The notes: generated from the sequence alone by a model not told the origin. A stretch of 32,000 nucleotides of DNA from Nitrosospira multiformis ATCC 25196 (GCF_000196355.1 NC_007614.1:480001-512000); one strand, 5' to 3'; positions 1 to 11,591 are shown, counted from the stretch's first letter. Made by a program: numbers and translations.

Positions 1-397
1 ATTTTGCGGAGGAGGATACGTTTACTGGCTTTCGCCCGAAGCGGCAGGCATGCTTCTCTGTTTGCAGATGAGGAGCCTCTTGTCAGGCGTGGACGCTGCC
101 GTGCGGTTATTCTTGTGCAGTTGGCGTGAGGACAAGCGCATTTCGGAAATCTGGATATTGCCCGATGTTCCACGCGTGCGGTATGAGGCACTGACCTTAT
201 GGGCGCGTATTTGCGGCTTGCGGATACTGACCTGGGAAAGGGTGCCGACCGAAGAAAATTGTACTCCTAGGCTACTATGAATGCTCTGCGGAGAACGGCC
301 TTCCAGTAAAGGCGATGCATCTCCTTGCAAGAACTGCAAGGCTTCTGAAGTTTAAAAAAATTCTCCGGCTATCCTTTGGGTTTTTGTATTCACGCCG

Positions 398-1468
398 CTA
401 CAACCATTTTTTCCAGCGGAACAGTAGCAGCATCGCAATACTGATGACTGCCATTGCGGTCAGTACAATAAAAAATCCCATGTGCCATTCAAGCCCCGGC
501 ATGTACGTGAAGTTCATTCCGTAAATGCCCGTTATCAGCGTCAAAGGCATGAATATGGTGGTGATGACGGTAAGAACTTTCATGACAGTACTGATGCGGA
601 AACTTACGCTCGATAAATAAATATCGAGCATGCCCGCCGTGACGTCACGCAGCGATTCGATCGATTCGATAATGTGGACAGTATGGTCGTACACATCCCG
701 CAGGTAGAGCAGAGTATTGCGGCTAAACAGGGGTGAATCTCCACGTTGCAAAGAACTGATTACCTCGCGGAGCGGCCACAGCGCCCTGCGTAAAAAAACG
801 CCTTCACGTTTGAGTCTTTGAATGGATTGCAAGGTGCTCGGCTGCGGACGATCGACCAGTTCCGTTTCCAGCGCTTCGGTTTTTTCGTCGAGGCGTTCAA
901 GAATGCTGAAGTAGGTGTCGACCACTGAATCAATCAGGTTGTACATCAGGAAATCGGCACCAAGTCTTGCGCTTTGGCCTTTGCCGGCCCGCAGGCGGTC
1001 GCGGACCGACTCGAATTGAACACCATTCGCTTCCAGAAACGACAGCACGAAATCCTTGCCGAGTACAAGACTGATCTGTTCGGAATATATTCTCTCTTCC
1101 TTACCCCTGGTTTCATACCCGAAGGTTTTGAGCACCACGTACAGGTAATCTCCGTAATCCTCCACCTTGGAGCGTTGCTCTGTGTTGAATATGTCTTCCA
1201 GTACCAGAGGGTGAAGGTTAAAACATGCGCCGAACTGCTCGATCATGTGGATGTCGCCCAGGCCCTGCAGGTTAACCCACTTGACCCCGGAAGCGTGTTT
1301 GATCTTTTCGGCAAGGTCTGCGGGAGCCACCTCGGCTTCACGCACGCCTTCCGGATCGTAATCCAGCAAGGTTATGCGTGGGGACGCGTTTTTCTTTGCC
1401 CCGATATGCACCGGCATGCCCGGCGGCAGGCCTGCTTTCTTGGATCTCTTTTTGGAAGGGGATATCAC
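398..1468 (-). CDS. corA: Magnesium/cobalt transporter CorA
   Basis: 356-aa ORF. The C-terminal region has two hydrophobic helices carrying the CorA signature GIYGMNFTYMPGLEW (the GMN motif). Length and the acidic N-terminal cytoplasmic domain are typical. Confidence 0.93.
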   Translation of the reverse strand: MISPSKKRSKKAGLPPGMPVHIGAKKNASPRITLLDYDPEGVREAEVAPADLAEKIKHASGVKWVNLQGLGDIHMIEQFGACFNLHPLVLEDIFNTEQRSKVEDYGDYLYVVLKTFGYETRGKEERIYSEQISLVLGKDFVLSFLEANGVQFESVRDRLRAGKGQSARLGADFLMYNLIDSVVDTYFSILERLDEKTEALETELVDRPQPSTLQSIQRLKREGVFLRRALWPLREVISSLQRGDSPLFSRNTLLYLRDVYDHTVHIIESIESLRDVTAGMLDIYLSSVSFRISTVMKVLTVITTIFMPLTLITGIYGMNFTYMPGLEWHMGFFIVLTAMAVISIAMLLLFRWKKWL

Positions 1469-1486
1469 GGCATCCGGATGAGGGTT

Positions 1487-3010
1487 TTATACAGATGCGG
1501 ACAACTTGCTTCCGTCGGCTCCGGCCATGCCAAAACGAAAACCAAGGGCATCCCACTGTTCAATTTCGCCAAGCAACGCGTTATATGTCAAGGGATTGCC
1601 TTCCAGCCACTTTCTTTCAAGATATAAACTGAATTCCTTGCCTCGAAGGCTGACCTCGAGCCTCGGAAGTGCCGTCTCACAGCGGCTGCGATGAAACAAT
1701 GCCGCGAGGCGAAGCGCAAACAGCAGGGCGAAATCAGCCCGCTCTATCATGTTTCCACGCGCTTTGCCGATATCGCCCCGGTGGGCGAGCACAAGCATGC
1801 TTAAGCGCTCCTGCTCCCTTTGGGAAAAACCCGGCATATCGGCATTACCCAGGATATATGCAGAATGCTTGTGGTAACCGGAGTGGGCGACCGAAATACC
1901 TACTTCATGCAGCCGGGCAGCCCATGAGAGAACTTGCAGATGTTCTTCTCCCTCACAGGGAAAGGCCGCCAGCAACTGTTCTCCGAGCAAAAGTGCAGTC
2001 GATTCCACCCGCCCCGCCTGCGCGCCATCCACATGGTACCGGCGCATGAACTGCCTGACCGTTACTTCGCGCATATCATGCTTATGGAAGCGCCCCAGCA
2101 GATCGTACAGCACGCCCTGACGTAAGGCACCCATGCCTTGCGCCATCCGGGAAATTCCCAGCTCCGCGAACGCGGCGGACATGATGGCGAAACCGCCGGC
2201 TATGACAGGCGCCCGATCGGTCTTGATACCCGCGAGGTCGAGTTTTTTGATATCGTCCACCTTGAGCAGATGATTACGAAAATTTTCCAGCCCTTCCCGC
2301 GTAATCTCTCCGTTGCCGCTTCCACTGCCGAGCTGGTTCAACTGGATGATATCGCCTAACGCGCGTGCCGTACCGGAGGATCCATATGCGAGCTGCCAGT
2401 GTTCACTGGAAAATTCCTTTGCGATCGCCTGAATCTCGCTGCGGGCCGATAGTTCGGCACGGTTCATTGCCTCCCTGCTGATCCTGCCGCCTGGAAAAAA
2501 GCGCAGGCTATAGCTGACGCAACCCATATAGAGGCTTTCCAGCTTGACCGGCTTCAGCCTGCGGCCAATGATAAATTCAGTAGAGCCGCCCCCGATGTCC
2601 ATTACCAGGCGAGCGTCAGGAGAAGCAGGAAGGCCGTGCGCAACGCCCAGATAGATGAGGCGCGCCTCTTCGTGGCCCGAGATGACTTCAATGGGAAAAC
2701 CCATCGCTGCCTCGGCTTTTTTGAGAAATACAGCCGCATTTTTCGCCACCCTGAGAGTGTTGGTCGCAACCGCACGTACAGCATGAGGAGGGAAACCGCG
2801 CAGGCGTTCACTGAAACGCGTGAGACAGGCCAGGGCGCGTGCCTGGGAATCTTCATCCAGGCGCTTGTCGCGAGTAAGACCAGCGGCAAGACGAACCATT
2901 TCACGCAGATTGTCCAGCGGATAAAGCTGTCTGCCTTCCACTCGCGCGACTTGCAAACGAAAGCTGTTGGAACCGAGATCTACCGCCGCAAGTGTGGAGT
3001 ATTCGGGCAT
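1487..3010 (-). CDS. ppx: Exopolyphosphatase / guanosine pentaphosphate phosphohydrolase (Ppx/GppA family)
   Basis: 507-aa ORF. ASKHA-fold phosphate motifs AAVDLGSNSFRLQV and DIGGGSTEFIIG are present, followed by a C-terminal HD-like domain. It sits next to phoU. Confidence 0.9.
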   Translation of the reverse strand: MPEYSTLAAVDLGSNSFRLQVARVEGRQLYPLDNLREMVRLAAGLTRDKRLDEDSQARALACLTRFSERLRGFPPHAVRAVATNTLRVAKNAAVFLKKAEAAMGFPIEVISGHEEARLIYLGVAHGLPASPDARLVMDIGGGSTEFIIGRRLKPVKLESLYMGCVSYSLRFFPGGRISREAMNRAELSARSEIQAIAKEFSSEHWQLAYGSSGTARALGDIIQLNQLGSGSGNGEITREGLENFRNHLLKVDDIKKLDLAGIKTDRAPVIAGGFAIMSAAFAELGISRMAQGMGALRQGVLYDLLGRFHKHDMREVTVRQFMRRYHVDGAQAGRVESTALLLGEQLLAAFPCEGEEHLQVLSWAARLHEVGISVAHSGYHKHSAYILGNADMPGFSQREQERLSMLVLAHRGDIGKARGNMIERADFALLFALRLAALFHRSRCETALPRLEVSLRGKEFSLYLERKWLEGNPLTYNALLGEIEQWDALGFRFGMAGADGSKLSASV

Positions 3011-3046
3011 GAGGTCTGTTGGGAGGCTTCCAGGCGACGGGAGGAC

Positions 3047-3754
3047 CTACTCCCGTATTTCGCGCTCGATTTCTTCAACGGTGACGTGACGCACATCCCT
3101 ACCCTTTACCATGTATACCACATATTCGGACATGTTTTTGGCATGATCGCCGATGCGCTCTATCGCTTTTGCAATAAACAGGATTTCCAGGGCAGTCGAT
3201 ATCTTGCGAGGATCTTCCATCATGAAAGTGATGAGCTGGCGCATGATGGAGCGGAATTCCTCATCCACCAGCTCATCTTGGCGCACTACCTGAGCGGCGG
3301 CCGTGAGGTCCAGACGCGCAAAAGCGTCCAGCGATTTGCGCAGCATCTCCAGCGCAACGTTGGCCACATGCCGTATTTCGACGAAACGGGGCATGTGCAT
3401 GCGGTCCGCAGCATAGATGAGTTTGGCCATGCGCGCGATCTTTTCCGCTTCATCTCCGATGCGCTCGAGGTCGGTAATGGTTTTGATGACCGTCATGATC
3501 ATGCGTAAGTCACCCGCGGCTGGCTGCCGGCGCGCGATGATCTGATTGCAGATCTCGTCTATCGATACCTCCATCGCATTGACCCGATGGTCATCGGCTA
3601 TGATATTCTCGATCAGACTCTCATTGCCGGTGATCAGCGCTTCAATCGCTTTTTCGATCTGTTCTTCCACGAATCCGCCCATATGCAACACGCGTGTGCG
3701 CACCGCTTCGAGATCCGCGTCAAATTGCTTGGATATATGTTCGTGGCTTCCCAT
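3047..3754 (-). CDS. phoU: Phosphate signalling complex protein PhoU
   Basis: 235-aa ORF with the duplicated PhoU repeat motifs DLERIGDEAEKIA and AIERIGDHAKNM. An AGGTGAG-like RBS lies upstream of the ATG. Confidence 0.93.
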   Translation of the reverse strand: MGSHEHISKQFDADLEAVRTRVLHMGGFVEEQIEKAIEALITGNESLIENIIADDHRVNAMEVSIDEICNQIIARRQPAAGDLRMIMTVIKTITDLERIGDEAEKIARMAKLIYAADRMHMPRFVEIRHVANVALEMLRKSLDAFARLDLTAAAQVVRQDELVDEEFRSIMRQLITFMMEDPRKISTALEILFIAKAIERIGDHAKNMSEYVVYMVKGRDVRHVTVEEIEREIRE

Positions 3755-3841
3755 TTCTCACCTGTGGATCGATTGAAAGCAAAAAATAACAAAGGATAAT
3801 ATCAGTCCGTTGTGACAATTCTACTGATCTTTGGCCTTCCT

Positions 3842-4501
3842 TCAGATAGCAATGGTACGAATGCCTCCTTCGTCTCCCAGCAACAGCAAATCCGCAGGGC
3901 GTCTTGCAAACAGGCCATTGGTTACGATGCCGGTGATCTGATTGAGTTCCGTCTCCAGTTCAATGGGGTTCAGGATCTGCAAGGCGTGCACATCAAGAAT
4001 GACGTTACCGTTATCAGTGGTAAATCCCTGCCTGAGCATGGGTTGTCCCCCCAGCCGTACTATCTCGCGCGCCACGTGACCGCGCGCCATCGGGATAACC
4101 TCCACGGGCAGCGGAAACTTGCCAAGCACGTCCACGAGCTTGCTCTGGTCCGCAATGCAGATAAATTTTTTCGCCACGGCGGCCACGATTTTTTCCCGGG
4201 TCAGAGCTCCGCCACCCCCTTTTATCATATGCAGATGCGGCGTTATCTCATCAGCGCCATCCACATATAACGGAAGCTCGTCGACATTATTAAGGTCCAT
4301 GACCTCGATTCCATGTGCGCTGAGCCGCCGGGCGGTTGCTTCTGAACTCGCTACCGCTCCATCGATCCTGCTTCTGATGCCGGCCAGTGCGTCTATGAAG
4401 TAGTTGGCGGTAGAGCCGGTGCCGACTCCGACAATACAGCCTGCGGGAATATGTTGAATAGCGGCGTGCGCGGCCGCCCGTTTCTGCTCGTCCTGATTCA
4501 T
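3842..4501 (-). CDS. rpiA: Ribose-5-phosphate isomerase A
   Basis: 219-aa ORF with RpiA motifs [22 protein letters not shown] and [13 protein letters not shown]. Confidence 0.93.
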
Positions 4502-4638
4502 GATGTTATTTTTTATGTCTGAAAATATTGATTGTTTATGAGCATAATACTATCAGCCCATTTTAACAATGAAGCTGGGCATTTAGCGTTTCGCGACATG
4601 TTAAAATGCTCAACCTTTAAAATCGCAACCCCATTTCG

Positions 4639-6150
4639 ATGAAGAACAGTTACCTCGAAAGAATTCTTACAGCGCGGGTTTATGACGTTGCGATAGAGAG
4701 TCCTCTGGAGCTTGCGCCGAATCTGTCCACACGTATAAATAATCAGCTGTTCCTGAAACGGGAAGATGTGCAGGATGTTTTCTCGTTCAAAGTGCGGGGA
4801 GCTTACAACAAAATGGTCAAGCTTTCTCCCGCGGCGCTCGAACGCGGAGTGGTGACGGCCTCTGCCGGCAACCATGCGCAAGGTGTGGCCCTCGCTGCAC
4901 AGCGATTGGGGTGTCGGGCAACCATAGTGATGCCTGTCACCACGCCCCAGATCAAGTTGCAGGCGGTCGAGGCACGCGGAGCGACAGTGGTTTCCTATGG
5001 GGACTCCTATGACGAAGCCTATGCTCACGCCCACGAATTCGCCGAAAAGAACCAGGTAACCTTCGTACACCCCTATGACGATCCCGATGTCATTGCCGGG
5101 CAGGGAACGATCGGAATGGAGATACTGCGCCAGCATCCGGGTGAAATTCATGCGATATTCGCGCCCATCGGTGGAGGCGGGTTGATTTCGGGGGTTGCGG
5201 CTTATGTAAAAAGGCTCTATCCGGAAATCAGGATTATCGGTGTGGAACCCGTCGACGCCGACTCGATGTATCAGTCGCTAAAAAAGAACCGGCGTGTCCG
5301 GTTGGCGCGAGTCGGATTGTTTGCAGACGGGGTCGCTGTCAAGCAGGTAGGAGTGGAAACTTTTCATTTATGCCGCGAACTGGTCGACGAGATCCTGCTG
5401 GTAGACACGGATGCCATCTGTGCGGCAATCAAGGATGTGTTCGAGGATACGCGCGCCATACTGGAACCTTCGGGAGCGCTCTCGATTGCAGGGGCCAAGG
5501 CGTATGCAAAGCGGGAAGGTATCCGCGGCAAGAACCTGATTGCCATCGCCTCCGGTGCGAATATGAATTTCGACCGATTGCGCCATGTGTCCGAACGGGC
5601 GGAACTGGGAGAGCAGCGGGAAGCGGTCATGGCGGTGACGATTCCCGAGGAACCCGGCAGTTTCAAGAAGTTCTGCGCAATGCTGGGACCGAGAAGTATC
5701 ACAGAGTTCAACTATCGTTTTGCCGGTCCAAAAGAAGCGCATGTGTTTGTAGGGGTGTCGGTAAGAAACCGGGAGGAAGCGGCGAAACTGATCAAGGATC
5801 TGGAGAACAACGGCTTGCGCACCGAGGATCTGAGCGACAATGAAATGGCAAAATTGCATATCCGCCATCTCGTGGGTGGGCATGCACGTGATGTTAAAAA
5901 TGAAATCGTCTATCGTTTTGAGTTCCCCGATCGTCCGGGGGCGCTCATGCAATTTCTGAACAGCATGAGCCATCATTGGAATATCAGTCTGTTTCATTAC
6001 CGTAATCACGGGGCAGACTATGGGCGGGTGCTGGTGGGCATGGAGGTGCCCCCGGAGGAGAAGGCGGATTTCAAGGCATTTCTCGCTCAGCTCGACAATC
6101 GTTATTGGGACGAAACCCACAATCCGGCCTACAAATTATTCCTGGGATAG
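4639..6150 (+). CDS. ilvA: Biosynthetic L-threonine dehydratase (threonine deaminase)
   Basis: 503-aa ORF. It has the PLP-lysine motif SFKVRGAYNKM, then SAGNHAQGVA. The roughly 160-aa C-terminal regulatory region is typical of the long biosynthetic form. Confidence 0.95.
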   Translation: MKNSYLERILTARVYDVAIESPLELAPNLSTRINNQLFLKREDVQDVFSFKVRGAYNKMVKLSPAALERGVVTASAGNHAQGVALAAQRLGCRATIVMPVTTPQIKLQAVEARGATVVSYGDSYDEAYAHAHEFAEKNQVTFVHPYDDPDVIAGQGTIGMEILRQHPGEIHAIFAPIGGGGLISGVAAYVKRLYPEIRIIGVEPVDADSMYQSLKKNRRVRLARVGLFADGVAVKQVGVETFHLCRELVDEILLVDTDAICAAIKDVFEDTRAILEPSGALSIAGAKAYAKREGIRGKNLIAIASGANMNFDRLRHVSERAELGEQREAVMAVTIPEEPGSFKKFCAMLGPRSITEFNYRFAGPKEAHVFVGVSVRNREEAAKLIKDLENNGLRTEDLSDNEMAKLHIRHLVGGHARDVKNEIVYRFEFPDRPGALMQFLNSMSHHWNISLFHYRNHGADYGRVLVGMEVPPEEKADFKAFLAQLDNRYWDETHNPAYKLFLG

Positions 6151-6325
6151 GGACGGACAGCGCTGCCTGTTTATCCCCGACAAGTTTGGTGCATCCTCGA
6201 AATCGAGCGTTGCGCGGGTTGCAGTGTTAAACCTTCAGTAGTCCAAATCAGATGAATACACTCATGTAAAAAAAACGGTTTTGAAGGTTTCACAGCCGTG
6301 TCCGGGAGCTAAGGAAAAAATCAGA

Positions 6326-7654
6326 ATGAAGTGCAGGCGAAAGCGCAGCAGCCGGATTCCGTACGGAGTAGGTTGTTTTTTATTGATCTTCATGAGCAAC
6401 AGCATTGTTCAGGCGGTTGACATAGCAGGGTGGTTGCGGGAGAACGGTGTAAGGGCGGGCGGGTGGATCAATGCGGGGGCAACCTATAACCCCGGTAATC
6501 CCGTCAACGGATACAATGGCCCCGTTACCTTTGCCGACCGCGCAAACCGGTTTCAGTTGAATCAGTTCAATCTATATCTCCAGCGCACGGTAGTCACGGA
6601 AGGCGAGGCTTTTGATCTCGGGGGGCGGGTCGATTTCATGTTCGGCACCGATGCGATCTATACCCAGGCCTTCGGCGTTCCGCCATTCGATGTGAATACC
6701 GGTCAAGTCTTGAATAGGGGCCACTGGGATCTGAATATATGCTGCTCATCGACCCGGACGTATGGTATCGCGCTACCCCAAGCGTATCTCGAGGCCTATA
6801 TACCGTTGGGTAATGGCTTGAACATCAAGGCAGGTCATTTTTATTCGCCGACAGGGTATGAAACCGTTCCTGCGCCCGACAATTTTTTTTACACTCACGC
6901 CTATACCTTTAACAATGGGGAGCCATTCACCCACACGGGTGCCGTAGGGAACTATACCGTCAACGGGAACTGGTCGGTGATGGGCGGCCTCATCACCGGG
7001 AGCGCAACCGGCGATTGGGATGGCGGATTCGACAGAGAGCTGGGAAACTGGGGAGGGCTGGGCGGTATTACCTGGGTCAGCGACGACAAAAGGACTTCGG
7101 CCAACATCACGGGGAGCTACAGTGCGACGTCCACCCGCAGCAACAGGCCATGGGGAATGTACAACATTGTGCTGCAACACAGGATCACACCGAAAACCCA
7201 TCTGGTTCTACACCACGTTCACGGCTATGCCGGCGGCGTTTTGCTGGGAGGGGTGCCAAAGAATGTCGAATGGTATGGCATCAATACCCACCTCTATTAT
7301 GACTTGTTGGAGGATCTCTCGGTGGGTATTCGCGGCGAATGGTTCCGGGACCGGGATGGTTTTCGCGTCTCTTCGCCCTTTCGCGTGGTAGCGGCGCTCA
7401 ACCATACCGGAATCAGTTTTGCAGGCGATTCTTCCACAGTGAGGGCGGCCCCTGCGGACTACTATGAAATCACCTTCGGAATGAACTGGAAGCCAGCGAA
7501 AAGGTTGCGGCTGGACTGGAAGCCGATGCAAAAGCTGAACGTTCGTCCAAATATCCGCTATGACCGTGCGGACGGCATTGACCATTCGCATCGGCCTTTC
7601 AACAACAAGAAGGATCAGATTATATTTTCTCTCGATGCGATGATTCCATTCTGA
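6326..7654 (+). CDS. Outer-membrane beta-barrel porin-like protein, paralog 1 (possibly the OmpL-like/BBP2 family; family name recalled from memory and unverified)
   Basis: I place the start at the ATG at 6326 (AAGGA RBS at 6311-6315) rather than the TTG at 6281 used by the ORF track. It has an N-terminal signal peptide (MKCRRKRSSRIPYGVGCFLLIFMSNSIVQA), Gly/aromatic-rich alternating strands, and a C-terminal ...SLDAMIPF ending in Phe, which is an OMP beta-signal. By eye it is about 60-65% identical to the ORF at 8291-9646. Confidence 0.8.
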   Translation: MKCRRKRSSRIPYGVGCFLLIFMSNSIVQAVDIAGWLRENGVRAGGWINAGATYNPGNPVNGYNGPVTFADRANRFQLNQFNLYLQRTVVTEGEAFDLGGRVDFMFGTDAIYTQAFGVPPFDVNTGQVLNRGHWDLNICCSSTRTYGIALPQAYLEAYIPLGNGLNIKAGHFYSPTGYETVPAPDNFFYTHAYTFNNGEPFTHTGAVGNYTVNGNWSVMGGLITGSATGDWDGGFDRELGNWGGLGGITWVSDDKRTSANITGSYSATSTRSNRPWGMYNIVLQHRITPKTHLVLHHVHGYAGGVLLGGVPKNVEWYGINTHLYYDLLEDLSVGIRGEWFRDRDGFRVSSPFRVVAALNHTGISFAGDSSTVRAAPADYYEITFGMNWKPAKRLRLDWKPMQKLNVRPNIRYDRADGIDHSHRPFNNKKDQIIFSLDAMIPF

Positions 7655-8290
7655 TAGGAAGGGGCGGGCACTCTGGAAGAAACTGGCTTATCGTGGCGAG
7701 AAATAAGAGTGGGGCAATAGGAAATAGTCTCACAGCCCGTTATTCCACCAACCCGGACTCCTGGCCATTCCCATGTCTTTGGACTACGTCCAGGGGGCGC
7801 GAGTGGAGATCGGACTCGGCCTTTGCCTGCATTTTTCGCGCTGCATCCTCAAAATACTCGCTCAAGGCATCGTGATTGCCGCGCATTCGCGTGTTCTGGA
7901 TGACGCAGCGCCCGTTCGTGTTCTGAACCGCTTCATGAGGGCTTAACTGCGCGCCACCGGCTAATAAACTCAGGGAGAAGCCCTAAAAAAAGTTCTTTTA
8001 TTCATGGACACCTCTTTTCACGTGCTCATTACGTACTCATCGGAGTGAGAACAAACACCCAATCTTTAAATTAACTGAATTGTCGATACTTTATCAAGCG
8101 TCCAATGTTATAAGTACCTGCTCCTGCCTGCCGCTTCCATCACTTTCGTTCATTCTCCATTTCTTTGTGAGAGAGCAGAATAACTTCACAAATACTTAAC
8201 AATAATCTAACACTTTCTTTATTTATCTCGTGTTACGTTTCAAACAGAATAACAATTTTCGTGGTAGTGTTTTGCCAAGGGGAGCCCATC

Positions 8291-9646
8291 ATGAAACGCC
8301 TACCGAAACGCAGAAGAGGGATGATCTTTGCCTCTGCGGTCAGCCTGTTTACAACTCTCGAGAATCCCGACAGCGCTTACGCCAATACCGCCTTGGAATG
8401 GTTCAACGACAATGGCATTAGACTCGGGGGCTGGATCAACGGTGGGGCGACATTCAATCCCAGCCAGCTCACCGGTTTCAATGGGCCAGTCACATTTGCC
8501 GATCGCTCCAACAGATTCCAGTTAAACCAGTTCAATATTTATGTGCAACGCCCGGTAGTAGCCGAGGGCAGCACCTGGGATTTCGGGGGGCGTATCGATT
8601 TCATGTTTGGAACGGATGCAATTTTTACCCAGGCTTATGGCGTTCCCGCGTTCGACGTGAACACAGGCCAGCCTTTAAACAGGAGCAATTGGGATCTTGA
8701 TGTGTGTTGCGCTTCAACCCGATATTATGGCATTGCGTTTCCGCAGGTTTTTGCCGAAGCCTATGTTCCCGTTGGGAACGGATTGAACGTCAAGGTAGGC
8801 CATTTTTACACTCCAATCGGTTACGAGTCGGTACCGGCGCCCGACAATTTCTTTTACACTCATGCCTATACGATGCAGTATGGAGAGCCGTTCACGCATA
8901 CTGGTGTGCTGGGCAACTATAAAATCACGCAAAACTGGACGTTCATGGGGGGCGTTACCACAGGTAGTGCCACTGGCGGTTGGGACGGGGGATTCGACAA
9001 GCAGTTGGGTAATTGGGGGGGGATTGCAGGCATTACCTGGACCAGCGAGGATATGGGAACGTCGGCCAATATCAGCGGAACCTACAGCGCAACCTCGACA
9101 CGCAGCGATGAACCGTGGATGTTGTACAGCATCGTGCTGAAGCATAAATTCACCGAAAAGACCCATTTTGTGCTGCAACACGACCACGGGTTCGCGGGAA
9201 ATGTTTTACTGAATAATGTCTTTTATAGTAACGTGATCAAGGATGCCGAATGGTACGGCATCAACACTCATCTGTATTACGATCTCATGCCGGAATTGAC
9301 GATCGGAGTGCGGGCCGAGTGGTTCCGCGACCGGGACGGGTTCCGTGTATTTTCACCGGGACGGGTGGCTGCCGCCACCGACAACCGGGGATTCAGTTAC
9401 GCGCTAGGCCGCAATCAGCTTGGCAACAGCACCAGCAGTCCGGCTGATTATTATGCAGTCACGGTAGGCATGAACTGGAGGGCGGCGAAGAGGTTGAAGC
9501 TCGACTGGAAGCCGTTGCAGCAGCTCAATATTCGTCCAAACGTTCGCTACGATGCCGCCGACGGATTACATGGCATCGATTATCGGCCCTTCGGGGGGCA
9601 TAAAGATCAGGTGGTTTTATCCCTTGATTTTATGGTTCCGTTTTGA
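8291..9646 (+). CDS. Outer-membrane beta-barrel porin-like protein, paralog 2
   Basis: I place the start at the ATG at 8291 (AAGGGGA RBS just upstream) rather than position 8261. Signal peptide is MKRLPKRRRGMIFASAVSLFTTLENPDSAYA and the C-terminus is ...SLDFMVPF. It is colinear with paralog 1 along its whole length, with shared blocks NGPVTFADR.NRFQLNQFN, DFMFGTDAI, VPAPDNFFYTHAYT and EWYGINTHLYYDL. Confidence 0.8.
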   Translation: MKRLPKRRRGMIFASAVSLFTTLENPDSAYANTALEWFNDNGIRLGGWINGGATFNPSQLTGFNGPVTFADRSNRFQLNQFNIYVQRPVVAEGSTWDFGGRIDFMFGTDAIFTQAYGVPAFDVNTGQPLNRSNWDLDVCCASTRYYGIAFPQVFAEAYVPVGNGLNVKVGHFYTPIGYESVPAPDNFFYTHAYTMQYGEPFTHTGVLGNYKITQNWTFMGGVTTGSATGGWDGGFDKQLGNWGGIAGITWTSEDMGTSANISGTYSATSTRSDEPWMLYSIVLKHKFTEKTHFVLQHDHGFAGNVLLNNVFYSNVIKDAEWYGINTHLYYDLMPELTIGVRAEWFRDRDGFRVFSPGRVAAATDNRGFSYALGRNQLGNSTSSPADYYAVTVGMNWRAAKRLKLDWKPLQQLNIRPNVRYDAADGLHGIDYRPFGGHKDQVVLSLDFMVPF

Positions 9647-9728
9647 TTTCCTGATTTCTATTTTCTCCGTCCGCTACAGGGTCTGAGCTGTAACGCCGAA
9701 AAGGAGGAGAGGGGAACAGGTTAGCGTT

Positions 9729-10178
9729 TCAGGGCGTGTCTACCGTTAGCGGCCGAAATTGCAACATCATTTTCACGTGAGGAATTCCAGCATCCAGGAA
9801 TTCCGGTCCTGCTTGCTGAAAACCAAACTTCCTATAAAACCCGGTTGCGTGTGTCTGCGCGTTCAAGGTAACTGAAGGAAACTGCCGGTTTTCCGCTTCC
9901 TTCAGCAACCGATCCAGGAGTGCGCTACCCACTCCTTTGCAACGCCAATTCCTCAACACGGCCATGCGCCCGATCGAAGCATCCGGTAGCAACCTCGCCG
10001 TACCTATCGGATTTCCTGAAGGATTCATCGCCAGCAGATGCACGCAAACGTCGTCGAACTCGTCCCATTCGAGTTCCGCAGGTACGCCTTGTTCCCTGAT
10101 AAAAACCGCCTCTCGTACTGCTCGTAGTGCCACAGCGTCTTCCCGCCAGCTTGCTGCGCGTACTATGTAGAGACTCAT
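9729..10178 (-). CDS. GNAT-family N-acetyltransferase
   Basis: The acetyl-CoA binding core is RMAVLRNWRCKGVGSALLDRLLKEA (the Q/RxxGxG/A motif), with FYRKFGF near the C-terminus. I place the start at the ATG at 10178 (149 aa). The track's 168-aa version begins at a GTG at 10235 and is an alternative. Confidence 0.8.
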   Translation of the reverse strand: MSLYIVRAASWREDAVALRAVREAVFIREQGVPAELEWDEFDDVCVHLLAMNPSGNPIGTARLLPDASIGRMAVLRNWRCKGVGSALLDRLLKEAENRQFPSVTLNAQTHATGFYRKFGFQQAGPEFLDAGIPHVKMMLQFRPLTVDTP

Positions 10179-10274
10179 ACTGGTTCGACCGGTTCTGGTA
10201 ATCTGCCCGTGTGACGGAGGCTTCTGTTCCTGCACCGTCTGTCCCTCTGTCTAATCGGGCGGCAGGCTTTCCAG

Positions 10275-11591
<1,317 letters not shown>

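Noticed and set aside
1-397. ORFs at 22-339 (minus, 105 aa) and 50-280 (plus, 76 aa; the frame is open from position 2), plus a 7-bp hairpin at 323-341.
   Set aside because: Both translations have odd composition: the minus-strand one is Ser/Arg-rich and the plus-strand one is about 5% Trp and 5% Cys. I recognised no RBS or motif. The hairpin has no U-tract. I left the region unannotated rather than call a gene. It may hold the 3' end of an upstream gene, but I cannot support that.
2636-3508. A 290-aa plus-strand ORF spanning the ppx/phoU junction in antisense.
   Set aside because: It crosses an intergenic gap and two well-supported minus-strand genes, and it has no motifs. I treat it as a shadow ORF.
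7693-7875. A 60-aa GTG-initiated plus-strand ORF in the inter-porin spacer.
   Set aside because: It has no RBS and an Ser/Arg/Trp-rich product. It also overlaps the opposite-strand candidate remnant, which is reported separately with low confidence.
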